Shown: one piece after another, positions 11,497 to 25,350 of the stretch
Layout: each line of letters begins with the position of its first letter
Numbering within the stretch: position 1 is the first letter of the stretch
Source: Macrostomum hystrix
Taxonomy: Eukaryota; Animalia; Platyhelminthes
Length of the DNA: 64,000 nt
Direction: 5' to 3'
Assembly (NCBI GenBank): GCA_950097015.1
Contig: CATNEN010000039.1
Coordinates: forward strand, 2,294,001-2,358,000
The notes under the pieces: model-generated
The model's input: only the letters and a program-made list of their open reading frames with translations
Databases searched by the model: none
What the model was told of the DNA's origin: nothing
Program-made: the position numbers and the translations under genes

Positions 11497-14400
11497 GGAG
11501 ATTCTGAAATAGAAAGATTCTGAATTGGGAAGATTCTGAATCGGGAAGATTCTGAATTGGGAAGATTCTGAATTGGGATGATTCTGAATTGGGAAGATTC
11601 TGAATTAGGAGGATACTGAATTGGGAGGATTTTGAATCGGGAAGATTCTGAATTAGGAAGGTTCTAAATTAGGAAGATTCGGAATCGAGAAGATTCTGAA
11701 TTAGGACGATTCTGAATCGGGAAGATTCTGAATTAGGAAGATTCTGAATTGGGAAGATTCTGAATCGAGAAGATTCTGAATTGGGATGATTCTGAATTGG
11801 GAAGATTCTGAATCGGGAAGATTCTGAATTGGGAGGATTCTGAATCGGGAAGATTCTGAATTGTGAAGATTCTGAATTGGGAAGATTCTGAATCGGGAAG
11901 ATTCTGAATTAGGAAGATTCTGAATTGGGAAGATTCTGAATTAGGAAGGTTCTAAATTAGGAAGATTCTGAATCGAGAAGATTCTGAATTGGGAAGATTC
12001 TGAATTGGGAAGATTCTGAATTGGGAAGGTTCTAAATTAGGAAGATTCTGAATCGAGAAGATTCTGAATTGGGAAGATTCTGAATCGGGAAGATTCTGAA
12101 TCGGGAAGATTCTGAATTGGGAAGATTCTGAATTGGGAAGATTCTGAATCGAGAAGATTCTGAATTGGGTAGATTCTGAATCGGGAAGATTCTGAATTGG
12201 GAAGATTCTGAATCGGGAAGATTCTGAATTGGGAAGATTCTGAATCGGGAAGATTCTGAATTGGGAAGATTCTGAATCGAGAAGATTCTGAATCGGGAAG
12301 ATTCTGAATTAGGAAGATTCTGAATCGGGAAGATTCTGAATTGGGAAGATTCTGAATTGGGAAGATTCTGAATCGGGAAGATTCTGAATTGGGAAGATTC
12401 TGAATCGGGAAGATTCTGAATTAGGAAGATTCTGAATCGGGAAGATTCTGAATTGGGAAGATTCTGAATCGGGAAGATTATGAATTGGGAAGATTCTGAA
12501 TCGAGAAGATTCTGAATTAGGAAGATTCTGAAATAGGATGGTTCTAAATTAGGAAGATTCTGAATCGGGAAGATTCTGAATTAGGAAGATTCTGAATTGG
12601 GAAGATTCTGAATCGGGAAGATTCTGAATTGGGAAGATTCTGAATTGGGAGGATTCTAAATCGGGAAGATTATGAATCGGGAGGATTCTGAATTGGGAGG
12701 ATTCTGAATTGTGAAGATTCTGAATTGGGAAGATTCTGAATTGGGAAGATTCTGAATTATGAAGGTTTTAAATTAGGAAGATTCTGAATCGGGAAGATTC
12801 TGAATTGGGAAAAGTCTAAAATAGGAAGAATCTGAATTAGGAAGATTCTGAATTAGGAAGATTCTGAATTAGGAAGATTCTGAATTAGAAAGATTCTGAA
12901 CTGGGAAGATTCTGAATCGAAAAGATTCTGAATTGGGAAGATTCTGAACTGGGAAGATTCTGAATCGGGAAGATTCTGAATTGGGAAGATTCTGAATTGG
13001 GAAGATTCTGAATTGGGAAGATTCTGAATCGAGAAGATTCTGAATTGGGAAGATTCTGAATCGGGAAGATTCTGAATTGGGAAGATTCTGAATCGGGAAG
13101 ATTCTGAATTGGGAAGATTCTGAATCGGGAAGATTCTGAATTGGGAAGATTCTGAATCGGGAAGATTCTGAATTGAGAAGATTCTGAATCGAGAAGATTC
13201 TGAATCGGGAAGATTCTGAATTAGGAAGATTCTGAATCGAGAAGATTCTGAATTGGGAAGATTCTGAATCGAGAAGATTCTGAATTGGGAAGATTCTGAA
13301 TCGGGAAGATTCTGAATTGGGAAGATTCTGAATCGGGAAGATTCTGAATTGGGAAGATTCTGAATCGGGAAGATTCTGAATTAGGAAGATTCTGAATCGG
13401 GAAGATTCTGAATTGGGAAGATTCTGAATCGGGAAGATTCTGAATTGGGAAGATTCTGAATCGAGAAGATTCTGAATCGGGAAGATTCTGAATTGGGAAG
13501 ATTCTGAATCGGGAAGATTCTGAATTAGGAAGATTCTGAATCGGGAAGATTCTGAATTGGGAAGATTCTGAATTGGGAAGATTCTGAATTGGGAAGATTC
13601 TGAATCGAGAAGATTCTGAATTAGGAAGATTCTGAAATAGGATGGTTCTAAATTGGGAAGATTCTGAATCGAGAAGATTCTGAATTAGGAAGATACTGAA
13701 TTGGGAAGATTCTGAATCGGGAAGATTCTGAATTGGGATGATTCTGAATTGGGAAGATTCTGAATTGGGAGGATTCTAAATCGGGAAGATTATGAATCGG
13801 GAGGATTCTGAATTGGGAGGATTCTGAATTGTGAAGATTCTGAATTGGGAAGATTCTGAATTGGGAAGATTCTGAATTATGAAGGTTTTAAATTAGGAAG
13901 ATTCTGAATCGGGAAGATTCTGAATTGGGAAAAGTCTAAAATAGGAAGAATCTGAATTAGGAAGATTCTGAATTAGGAAGATTCTGAATTAGGAAGATTC
14001 TGAATTAGAAAGATTCTGAACTGGGAAGATTCTGAATCGAAAAGATTCTGAATTGGGAAGATTCTGAACTGGGAAGATTCTGAATCGGGAAGATTCTGAA
14101 TTGGGATGATTCTGAATTGGGAAGATTCTGAATTGGGAGGATTCTAAATCGGGAAGATTATGAATCGGGAGGATTCTGAATTGGGAGGATTCTGAATTGT
14201 GAAGATTCTGAATTGGGAAGATTCTGAATTGGGAAGATTCTGAATTATGAAGGTTTTAAATTAGGAAGATTCTGAATCGGGAAGATTCTGAATTGGGAAA
14301 AGTCTAAAATAGAAAGAATCTGAATTAGGAAGATTCTGAATTAGGAAGATTCTGAATTAGGAAGATTCTGAATTAGAAAGATTCTGAACTGGGAAGATTC

Positions 14401-14512
14401 TGAATCGAAAAGATTCTGAATTGGGAAGATTCTGAACTGGGAAGATTCTGAATCGGGAAGATTCTGAATTAGGAGGATACTGAATTGGGAGGATTTTGAA
14501 TTGGGAAGATTC
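11497..14512. repeat. 16-bp satellite with higher-order duplications
   Basis: (GGGAAGATTCTGAATT/C)n. Confidence 0.95.
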
Positions 14513-15165
14513 GACATTTGCGGTGTTTAAAGTTCAGAATTATTTTCAGCTACAATATTTTATTTCGCCAGTCGCAGAAGCTAAAAGTAAAATATTCGTT
14601 CGCATTTCCCAATGCAGTGTAGATCGTTTCAATTGATTACCTAGAACGGAGAATGTTTGAGCGAGAATTACTTACTGAACCCATTAAGAAAAGTTGGTGA
14701 AAGCGAATTTGATTTCTACTCGACCTATCGACTCAAACGGCTACTGAACTGTGTCGAATTGAATTTCAATTTTAGGGCAGAAATTAAAACGGGGCAAAGA
14801 ATGCTCGCTTGAGTCACGTGACCGATTGCAGGATTCCAGTTGGTCAGCCAATCCACGACAGTTTGCCTTGCCCCAGCCGTTGTTGAAAAATTGCTTGGTC
14901 AGGTCGGACCGATTGTGCTCTGGAACCATTTTCCCAAGCTGGGGAATCTGCTAATTGTGGCCTAGAAGCAGGAAATCACTTTTCAGATTTTTCTGCTCAG
15001 CCTGTATCTTTGAGTCTGCTCAGACAATGGAATTGTCGGCTCCGAAGCAGCAATTGTCAATCAGTGAGACTTGGCGGACAGACTGCTCACACCTGACTGA
15101 TCAGCTGCTGAGCTGACTCCACCGATAACGGGTAGGTATGTGCTGCAGATAGGAGAACCAGAACA

Positions 15166-15933
15166 GGGTGAGGGAGTGGGCAGAGTGAGGAAATGGCAGA
15201 GAGTGAGGGAATGGCACAGAGTGAGGGAATGGCAGAGAGTGAGGGAGTGGGCAGAGTGAGGGAGTGGGCAGAGTGAGGGAATGGCAGAGAGTGAGGGAAT
15301 GGCAGAGAGTCAGGAAATGGCAGAGAGTGAGGGAGTGGGCAGAGTGAGGGAGTGGGCAGAGTGAGGGAATGGCAGAGAGTGAGGGAATGGCAGAGAGTCA
15401 GGAAATGGCAGAGAGTGAGGGAATGGCAGAGAGTCAGGGAATGGCAGAGAGTGAGGGAATGGCAGAGAGTGAGGGAATGGCAGAGAGTCAGGGAATGGCA
15501 GAGAGTGAGGGAATGGCACAGAGTGAGGGAATGGCCGAGAGTGGGGGAATGGCAGAGAGTGAGGGAATGGCAGAGAGTGAGGGAATGGCAGAGAGTGAGG
15601 GAATGGCAGAGAGTGAGGGAATGGCAGAGTCAGGGAAGGCGAGAGGGACTGACGGAGTGGCGAGAGGGACTGACGGAGTGGTGAGAGGGACTGACGGAGT
15701 GGTGAGAGGGACTGACGGAGTGGTGAGAGGGACTGACGGAGTGGTGAGAGGGACTGACTGAGTGGTGAGAGGGACTGACTGAGTGGTGAGAGGGACTGAC
15801 GGAGTGGTGAGAGGGACTGACTGAGTGGTGAGAGGGACTGACTGAGTGGTGAGAGGGACTGACTGAGTGGTGAGAGGGACTGACTGAGTGGTGAGAGGGA
15901 CTGACTGAGTGGTGAGAGGGACTGACGGAGTGG
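15166..15933. repeat. Compound 18-bp and 21-bp minisatellite
   Basis: (GAGAGTGAGGGAATGGCA)n then (GAGAGGGACTGACG/TGAGTGGT)n. Confidence 0.93.
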
Positions 15934-16039
15934 TAAGAGAGGTAAAGCAGAGATTGAATCATTCAATTGAAGCCTAGGTAGCTGTTTCAGCTGTTCGCAG
16001 AAACACAGAAATCACACCTAGCCCGATTGGGCTACATGT

Positions 16040-16260
16040 ACAGCCAGTCGCGTAGCCGCAGCATTACACGGCGCTTCCAAAGGCTTGTACATCTGTTCAG
16101 TCCGTGGACAGCTGATGCTGGTACCCATTTTACAGCCGGGTGACCTGAAGCCCTACGGAATTACGTGTCTTACTCAAGGACACAAATTGTCTCCGCTGGC
16201 CTGAGATTCGAACTCCCGACCTCTCCGTCAGAAGTTAGAAATGTTTAAAACTGGGCCGCA
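16040..16260 (-). mobile_element. Second SINE-like family fragment (related pieces at ~6490-6590 and ~41660-41710)
   Basis: GTGTCTTACTCAAGGACACA...GATTCGAACTC; reverse complement similar to 6526-6565; CTGTTCAGTCCGTGGAC shared with 41686. Confidence 0.4.
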
Positions 16261-18161
16261 ATCCTCCTCCCTACCAAGCAGTTCGAAGCCATGATCCAGA
16301 TTCGACCCTCTTTCAAGGGCAAAGTATAAGAGTGCTTTTGTCTCGTTGTATCGGTTCTTAAATAAGAGAAATAGCATTTACTGCTGAGTAAGTAGCCAAT
16401 CATTTGTACCTGTGCTTGTGGTCCATCAGGCCACTTGAAGCTGTTCCACTAGCAGGTTGTCTAAGCAGCCCAGGCGAGCCTCTTATTCTATTACAATTCT
16501 GTGTTGGCTGCGCACATTTCTGGGCCCTGGTTTTCCATCCCTATATTCGGTGGACTTTGGCATGGCCGAATTGGATGCGGTGGATTTCTGTCATTTTCTA
16601 GGTGGGTCGTGACGTGCGCAGCCGCAATCACTGCAGTGCCGCCCTCACAGCGTGCTTAATTAAGTCTGCGACTTGAATAAACACGCAGCGGCTGAGGCTT
16701 CACTCGGCTTTCTAATTCTAAGGTTGTTCTTGTCATAGTTTGATGGTCATTGTCCAATCACACTCTGGTCATAGTCTGATGGTCATTGTCCTATCATGTT
16801 CTGGTCATATTATGCTGGACATTGTTCAATCAATTTCTGGTCATAGTTTGATTATGCGTTCTGGTCATTGTCTAATGACATTCTGGTCATGTTCTAATGA
16901 CATTGTAGAAACGGTACAATGATTCTGTAACTGGCAAGTTGCTGTAGAATCGAGGTCGTGGAAAGCACAATAAATCTTTGGGGGAGTTGCAAAATGGCCT
17001 GGGATTTTTTTAGAATGAAATTCCCCCCTAGGCTTAGCGTCTGGAACAGGGAAATGAAACAAAGGGAGAACAGTAGAATATTGCAGCATCTTCCGCAGCA
17101 GTGTAGCTGTCATCCGCAATCTGGCTTCCCCAAGATGCAGCCGCCCTCCTCCTTGCGTCCACCTGCCCGCCAACCCCGCGGCCCGCCTGCCCGCTAATTC
17201 CCGCGTCTCATTCGCCAGCTCAACCCTTGTCCTTATCCCCTTTCTTAGCGAAATCCCAGTCCCGCTATTCGGCGATGCAAACACAAGGGAGGCGGCAAAG
17301 TGACTCGCGAGTTGAGCACGGGGCGGCTGGGGATGCGACCTGGGGGAGGACGAGCTCAAGGGACACGCCACCCTCTTGTCCGGTGATTCGCTAAGGATAT
17401 ATTTGTGAGGACGTTCGGGGCAGGCTGCTGACATCCACGGCTCTACCTTTTGCCGCCGCGCAGATCAGCCAGCGTGCCAAGGTGAGTGTCTTGTTGCTGA
17501 CTCTGTTGCTATGCGACAACACGGGTAAGTAGGCCAGATGAGCTCAAGAATTTCTCCTTGTCCTGAATTGAATTTGAGTCTAGCAGAGTCCGAGACTCTC
17601 GGAACTCTCCTGATCTGACAGATAGGGACTTGGAAGTTCTCAGCTGCGATTGTTGGGTGTCGGAGCAGGGATGCTTGCTGCTGCTGCTGCTGCTGCTGCT
17701 GGCCTCATTAAGCTAATCCTCTTGTCGCCAAGTCCCATTATCGAGTTATACTATGCGATGGAGGCAGAGAAGGCTTGTGCCAGCGCCTAAGTTGTAGCCA
17801 AGGCGGGACTGAGCACTTCAAAGGCCGTCCTTGTTTCATTCTGCAGCTGCAGCTGGCCCAGCTGGCACCGCGTGGTGCTCGGCGTGCTCAGGCCCCGCCC
17901 CGCCCCCAGTCTGTCTTTGAGCCTGAAGTGCAGCTTCCGCGCCAGTCAGAAACTGGGCCATTCGCGCGGCAATTCTCGTCTCAGCGCACGCGATACGTTT
18001 GGGAGGTGAGGGACAGTAGGCTGGATAAGCCCGCAGCTGCTGCTCAATTTTTGAGCTCAGAAAGGAGACCAATATGAAAATATTGCTGGAATTTGCGGAA
18101 GATTAGCAGGAAAAAAGCCTTAGCCCGCAATCATGCCCGCTCTTCAATAGAGGCACCGCAT

Positions 18162-19275
18162 TTGTCCTTCAACCCAGCCTTGTCCTTCAACTGGCAACCC
18201 AGCCTTGTCCTTCAACCCAGCCTTGTCCTTCAACCCAGCCTTGTCCTTCAACCCAGCCTTGTCCTTCAACCCTGCCTTGTCCTTCAACCCAGCCTTGTCC
18301 TTCAACCCAGCCTTGTCCTTCAACCCAGCCTTGTCCTTCAACTGGCAACCCAGCCTTGTCCTTCAACCCAGCCTTGTCCTTCAACCCAGCCTTGTCCTTC
18401 AACCCAGCCTTGTCCTTCAACCCAGCCTTGTCCTTCAACCCTGCCTTGTCCTTCAACCCTGCCTTGTCCTTCAACTGGCAGCCCAGCCTTGTCCTTCTAC
18501 TGGCAACCCAGCCTTGTCCTTCAACTGGTAACCCAGCCTTGTCCTTCTACTGGTAACCCAGCCTTGTCCTTCTACTGGCAACCCAGCCTTGTCCTTCTAC
18601 TGGCAACCCAGCCTTGTCCTTCTACTGGCAACCCAGCCTTGTCCTTCTACTGGCAACCCAGCCTTGTCCTTCTACTGGCAACCCAGCCTTGTCCTTCTAC
18701 TGGCAGCCCAGCCTTGTCCTTCTACTGGCAACCCAGCCTTGTCCTTCTACTGGCAACCCAGCCTTGTCCTTCTACTGGCAACCCAGCCTTGTCCTTCTAC
18801 TGGCAACCCAGCCTTGTCCTTCTACTGGCAGCCCAGCCTTGTCCTTCTACTGGCAACCCAGCCTTGTCCTTCTACTGGCAACCCAGCCTTGTCCTTCTAC
18901 TGGCAACCCAGCCTTGTCCTTCTACTGGCAACCCAGCCTTGTCCTTCTACTGGCAGCCCAGCCTTGTCCTTCTACTGGCAACCCAGCCTTGTCCTTCTAC
19001 TGGCAACCCAGCCTTGTCCTTCTACTGGCAACCCAGCCTTGTCCTTCTACTGGCAACCCAGCCTTGTCCTTCTACTGGCAACCCAGCCTTGTCCTTCTAC
19101 TGGCAGCCCAGCCTTGTCCTTCTACTGGCAGCCCAGCCTTGTCCTTCTACTGGCAACCCAGCCTTGTCCTTCTACTGGCAGCCCAGCCTTGTCCTTCTAC
19201 TGGCAGCCCAGCCTTGTCCTTCTACTGGCAACCCAGCCTTGTCCTTCTACTGGCAGCCCAGCCTTGTCCTTCAAC
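18162..19275. repeat. 18/25-bp minisatellite
   Basis: (CAGCCTTGTCCTTCAACC)n grading into (CAGCCTTGTCCTTCTACTGGCAACC)n. Confidence 0.95.
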
Positions 19276-19804
19276 CGGAAGCCTTGCATTTCAACCTACA
19301 GCATGGTTGGCTCCGCAGAAGGCCCAAGCGGAAGTCGTCCCCAGGTTTAATTTCGCCAGATGTCGCTGCGTCTCCTGAAGGCAGAAGTAGCCCCGGATAA
19401 AGTGCAGCCTGAGTCTGATGAGCTCAAATTACCCAGCAAAAATGACTGCCTTTATTAGCATCTGGGAGGCCCGGGCTCCCTCGTGACCTGTTTTCCAGTC
19501 GTCTTACTCTAGTTCTTCTCCTAGTAGCAGCAGCTCCAGTAGCTTCAAATTCTGCCAGCCCCCGGGGGATCGAACCAACGGCGCATTGCCATTGCCAGCT
19601 ACGTCGCTGTCCTCGTCTTGGCTTGACTGCTGAACCACCGCTCTGATACTTCATGGGATTACTTCAGCGCGAGAGCATACTTGGTGAATGGCACTCGGTT
19701 TTACGACAATTAATTAGCGATGAGACTAGGAATGCTTAGAAAAATACTGGATCATTTTTTCGGCTGTTTCTAGCATTTCATCAATCGATCAGTATATTTG
19801 GACG

Positions 19805-20065
19805 ATTCCATCATTCCATCAATGATCCATCCGCATTTTCGTTCGATTCCATTATTCCATCAATGATCCATCCGCATTTTCGGTCGATTCCATTCCTTCC
19901 ATTAATCGATTCATATTTTCGGTCGATTCCATTCCTTCCATTAATCGATTCATATTTTCGGTCGATTCCATTCCTTCCATCCATCTCTTCATATTTTCGG
20001 TCGATTCCACTCCTTCCATCCATCTGTTCATATTTTCAGTCGATTCCACTCTTTCCATCAATCAA
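19805..20065. repeat. ~39-bp tandem repeat
   Basis: CATATTTTCGGTCGATTCCATTCCTTCCAT... repeated. Confidence 0.8.
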
Positions 20066-20719
20066 TCAACATTTTGGTCGATACTATTCTTCCCACTACT
20101 CAAACTGTCAGTTTTCAACATATCCCATCTGTACTCCGCTCTAGTATTTCGTTATTTATCCAATCCAACATTTCAGTTTCTTTCGGCAGATTCTGCCCTC
20201 GACCTTGGTTAGTATTTCAGCGGATTCCGTCATTTCTTGAATCGGGAAGGTCATTTTATCGCGTCTAGCTAAAACCATGAAATTTGCAGCTGTGTTTACT
20301 CTTTGTCCGGCATAGCGTGATCTTGAGCCTAGTCAGAACTCACAGATAAGAAATGTCAGGTGATACGACCCGCACTCCGCCATTTTGTGAGATGGTGAGA
20401 CTGAGTCCTCATAAGTCCAACCTTTTTAAAAGTTGGGCAGCCTCGCTCTTCACTTATCATTTTACGCATTTTAGTTCCCCTATATATTGAGTATTGAGAT
20501 GCATTGAACATGCATATAGCAATAAAATGCCTCATTTCAATGTACTAAGCAAACTACTGTAAGTAGACTAAAATAACCAAGCTAGCCTGATTCAGAAAAT
20601 AGAATAAAATATGCTTTAAGAGGCTTGAACTCTTGTTCCTGATCACGGATCGTGAGGGGGGAGTTCTAGCTTAAGAACTCCCTGATTTATTTTTTGTTCT
20701 TGTCCTGAGACTAATAAGA

Positions 20720-21306
20720 CTGGTTCTAGGTTTAGAATTCCTTGGCATCTAGTTCCTGTCCTGGGATCAATAGAAGTGGTTCTAGGTTTAGAATTCCTTG
20801 GCATCTAGTTCCTGTCCTGGGATCAATAGAAGTGGTTCTAGGTTTAGAATTCCTTGACATCTAGTTCCTGTCCTGGGATCTATAAAAGTGGTTCTAGGTT
20901 TAGAATTCCTTGGCATCTAGTTCCTGTCCTGGGATCAATAAAAGTGGTTCTAGGTTTAGAATTCCTTGGCATCTAGTTCCTGTCCTGGGATCAATAGAAG
21001 TCTTTCTAGGTTTAGAATTCCTTGGCATCTAGTTCCTGTCCTGGGATCAATAAAAGTGGTTCTAGGTTTAGAATTCCTTGACATCTAGTTCCTGTCCTCG
21101 GATCAATCAATAGAAGTGGTTCTAGGTTTAGAATTCCTTGGCATCTAGTTCCTGTCCTGGGATCAATAGAAGTGGTTCTAGGTTTAGAATTCCTTGGCAT
21201 CTAGTTCCTGTCCTCGGGTTAATAGAAGTGGTTCTAGGTTTAGAACTCCATGACCTAGCTACTCTTGTCCTGGGGTCGATTGGAGCAGGTTCTAGGTTTA
21301 GAGTTC
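20720..21306. repeat. 56-bp tandem repeat
   Basis: (TGGTTCTAGGTTTAGAATTCCTTGGCATCTAGTTCCTGTCCTGGGATCAATAGAAG)n. Confidence 0.93.
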
Positions 21307-22221
21307 CATGAAGATGTGTTGCGCTGGCTGTCACGCAATATTTTGGAGTCTAGGTGAAACATTTAGGGGATTCTGGGGAGGGCAGAGAGAGGGGGCAATG
21401 TCCCTCGGTTGGTACCTGGCAATCTGCACTCCCGCTAGGGAAGCGGGACAGGGAGACACGGGGGCTGCTGCTGCCGCATAGGGCATGCTGGCTTCGAAAT
21501 GCCACTGCAGCAGACTGTGTGTGTGTGTGTGCGTGGAGAATGGGATTAGGGAGGCCGGGGCGCCCAGTCTCGATGGCTCTCTGTCTTCCAGACACTATTG
21601 ATTGCCCGGCACGCATCGCGGAGGGTTGAGGCTCGAGTTTGCCGCGATCTGCGCGCACCTTTACCGAGAATTGTTTGCCCCAGTTTCACCTATTGGGGAA
21701 CGGCAGCCGGCCCTGGCCTTCAATCCCGGCCAGCCACCCACCCCACCCCAGACCCTCCGGGCCAAAAACCGCATCTGCAAGTCATCGAGCGCTTCTTACA
21801 TTTCCATGGCTGCCTTCAGAGACCCTAAAACTCTTGCTGCAGACATTGTGGGAGACTGCCGCTGCCGCTGCTGATGCTGCTGCTGACGCTGCATCGCCAC
21901 GTTTGGAATACTCTCCTAGTTGCGAGTGCATGGCCACATGCTAATGCTTTCTGTGTGCGTGTGTGTGTGGGGCTACAGCTGACTGAGGGTTGCAATAAAG
22001 CAAAAAATATTGCTTGAAAGCGGATATCGGCTGGTATTGAAGAAATGGGAGCCTCTGTTAGCTGGGCCAGCCGCAATCTGAATATTTTTAATGCTGTTGT
22101 TACATTTATTGCCTGCCTTTAAAGTTTTAATCTATGAAAGTACCAACTAAAATTCGCTTTTTTACTAGAAAACTATCTGGATGCACTTTATGTCTCCCCA
22201 TTCCTCTTCACTCTCTTCCCT

Positions 22222-24011
22222 TCACTCCCTCACTCCCGAGTCACTCCCTCACTCCCGAGTCACTCCCTCACTCCCGAGTCACTCCCTCACTCCCCAGTCA
22301 CTCCCTCACTCCCCCAGTCACTCCCTCACTCCCCAGTCACTCCCTCACTCTCCCAGTCACTCCCTCACTCCCCAGTCACTCCCTCACTCTCCCAGTCACT
22401 CCCTCACTCCCCAGTCACTCCCTCACTCCCCAGTCACTCCCTCACTCCCCAGTCACTCCCTCACTCACCAGTCACTCCCTCACTCTCCCAGTCACTCCCT
22501 CACTCCTCCAGTCACTCCCTCACTCCCCAGTCACTCCCTCACTCCCCAGTCACTCCCTCACTCCCCAGTCACTCCCTCACTCCCCAGTCACTCCCTCACT
22601 CCCCAGTCACTCCCTCACTCTCCCAGTCACTCCCTCACTCCCCAGTCACTCCCTCACTCTCCCAGTCACTCCCTCACTCCCCAGTCACTCCCTCACTCCC
22701 CAGTCACTCCCTCACTCCCCCAGTCACTCCCTCACTCCCCAGTCACTCCCTCACTCCCCAGTCACTCCCTCACTCCCCAGTCACTCCCTCACTCCCCAGT
22801 CACTCCCTCACTCCCCAGTCACTCCCTCACTCCCCCAGTCACTCCCTCACTCCCCCAGTCACTCCCTCACTCCCCCAGTCACTCCCTCACTCACCAGTCA
22901 CTCCCTCACTCCCCCAGTCACTCCCTCACTCCCCAGTCACTCCCTCACTCCCCCAGTCACTCCCTCACTCCCCAGTCACTCCCTCACTCTCCCAGTCACT
23001 CCCTCACTCCCCAGTCACTCCCTCACTCCCCAGTCACTCCCTCACTCCCCAGTCACTCCCTCACTCCCCAGTAACTCCCTCACTCCCCCAGTCACTCCCT
23101 CACTCACCAGTCACTCCCTCACTCCCCAGTAACTCCCTCACTCCCCCAGTCACTCCCTCACTCACCAGTCACTCCCTCACTCTCCCAGTCACTCCCTCAC
23201 TCCTCCAGTCACTCCCTCACTCCCCAGTCACTCCCTCACTCCCCCAGTAACTCCCTCACTCCCCCAGTCACTCCCTCACTCACCAGTCACTCCCTCACTC
23301 TCCCAGTCACTCCCTCACTCCCCAGTCACTCCCTCACTCCCCAGTCACTCCCTCACTCCCCCAGTCACTCCCTCACTCACCAGTCACTCCCTCACTCCCC
23401 AGTCACTCCCTCACTCTCCCAGTCACTCCCTCACTCACCAGTCACTCCCTCACTCTCCCAGTCACTCCCTCACTCCCCCAGTCACTCCCTCACTCCCCAG
23501 TCACTCCCTCACTCCCCAGTCACTCCCTCACTCACCAGTCACTCCCTCACTCTCCCAGTCACTCCCTCACTCCCCCAGTCACTCCCTCACTCCCCAGTCA
23601 CTCCCTCACTCACCAGTCACTCCCTCACTCCCCAGTCACTCCCTCACTCCCCAGTCACTCCCTCACTCCCCAGTCACTCCCTCACTCCCCAGTCACTCCC
23701 TCACTCCCCAGTCACTCCCTCACTCCCCAGTCACTCCCTCACTCCCCAGTCACTCCCTCACTCCCCAGTCACTCCCTCACTCCCCAGTCACTCCCTCACT
23801 CCCCAGTCACTCCCTCACTCCCCAGTCACTCCCTCACTCACCAGTCACTCCCTCACTCTCCCAGTCACTCCCTCACTCCCCCAGTCACTCCCTCACTCCC
23901 CAGTCACTCCCTCACTCCCCAGTCACTCCCTCACTCCCCAGTCACTCCCTCACTCACCAGTCACTCCCTCACTCCCCAGTCACTCCCTCACTCCCCAGTC
24001 ACTCCCTCACT
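22222..24011. repeat. 19-20-bp C-rich minisatellite
   Basis: (CAGTCACTCCCTCACTCCC)n. Confidence 0.95.
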
Positions 24012-24825
24012 ACATCGATAGAATCAGGTGAAGCGGAATTCGAGTCAGAGTTATTTTCGGAGATCAGAGGCATGCGGGTTATTCAGAGCTGCATGCCAGT
24101 TCTTTAGGTCGACCTGCAGGGCCCCAATGCTGAAGCTGAAGAATCAGAAAGAAAACGAAAGATAAAAAGCGGCCTGGATTTCAGTATTGAGATGGCTCAA
24201 CTATTCGGGGCCGATGCACATTTTCTTGTCTGAGATTGACTCTGTCCCCGATCGGCTCGCTCGCTAACTGTGGGATTATCTTCCCATCGTCGCTGAGGGG
24301 CGCGGAAGCAGGCGGGGTGGGGAGTGGGGAAGTAATTGCAAAGCCAGTTTTGCTTGTCTCCGAACTCGCATAGTTTCCCAGCCTCTTTAACAAAGCTGGC
24401 GGATGGGTGGGGAGTCACATACAGGCGCTGAGATGTGGGGGGGCCGGCTGGCTGTGAGTTATAAAGGCCGACTGCTGCACAGCGCGCATGCCAACAACTC
24501 GTGGGAGCGCAAGATTTGCCAGCAAATCCCCGCAAAACAGGAAAAGGAGCAGAGGCTTAAGCGCTGGGTTGCTCACTTTTATTGCCTCATCGGCCCATTG
24601 TGAGGCGGAGTACAGCGGGTGCGCACTCGGCGGGTAGTCTGAAGCTCAGGACTCGGAGATTGAGCACACTGAGCACATTAAGCATATCACTTGAAAGTTA
24701 CAAGTTCCAAAAGAAACATTTTCTCTGGGATTTTTCGGCCTACTTGGCTACAGGTTCTAGATCTTGAACTCCCAGAACTCTTGCTCCTGTTTAGAGCTTA
24801 GAGGTTTAGAGCTCCTTGAATACAC

Positions 24826-25350
24826 TGTTAAAGAGTTCAGTTAAAGAGATGCTATTCTAGGTTCTAGGTTTAGAAGTCCGTGAATACATTGTTAAAGAGT
24901 TCAGTTAAAGAGATGCTATTCTAGGTTCTAGGTTTAGAAGTCCGTGAATACATTGTTAAAGAGTTCAGTTAAAGAGACGCTATTCTAGGTTCTAGGTTTA
25001 GAAGTCCGTGAATACATTGTTAAAGAGTTCAGTGAAGAGATGCTATTCTAGGTTCTAGGTTTAGAAGTCCGTGAATACATTGTTAAAGAGTTCAGTAAAG
25101 AGATGCTATTCTAGGTTCTAGGTTTAGAAGTCCGTGAATACATTGTTAAAGAGTTCAGTGAAGAGATGCTATTCTAGGTTCTAGGTTTAGAAGTCCGTGA
25201 ATACATTGTTAAAGAGTTCAGTGAAGAGATGCTATTCTAGGTTCTAGGTTTAGAAGTCCGTGAATACATTGTTAAAGAGTTCAGTAAAGAGATGCTATTC
25301 TAGGTTCTAGGTTTAGAAGTCCGTGAATACATTATTGAAGAGTTCAGTAA
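24826..25350. repeat. 63-64-bp tandem repeat
   Basis: GTTAAAGAGTTCAGT...CTAGGTTCTAGGTTTAGAAGTCCGTGAATACATT, ~8 copies. Confidence 0.93.

Noticed and set aside
20720-25350. CRISPR-like appearance of the 56- and 64-bp arrays
   Set aside because: No unique spacers, no cas genes, and a eukaryotic spliced-gene context
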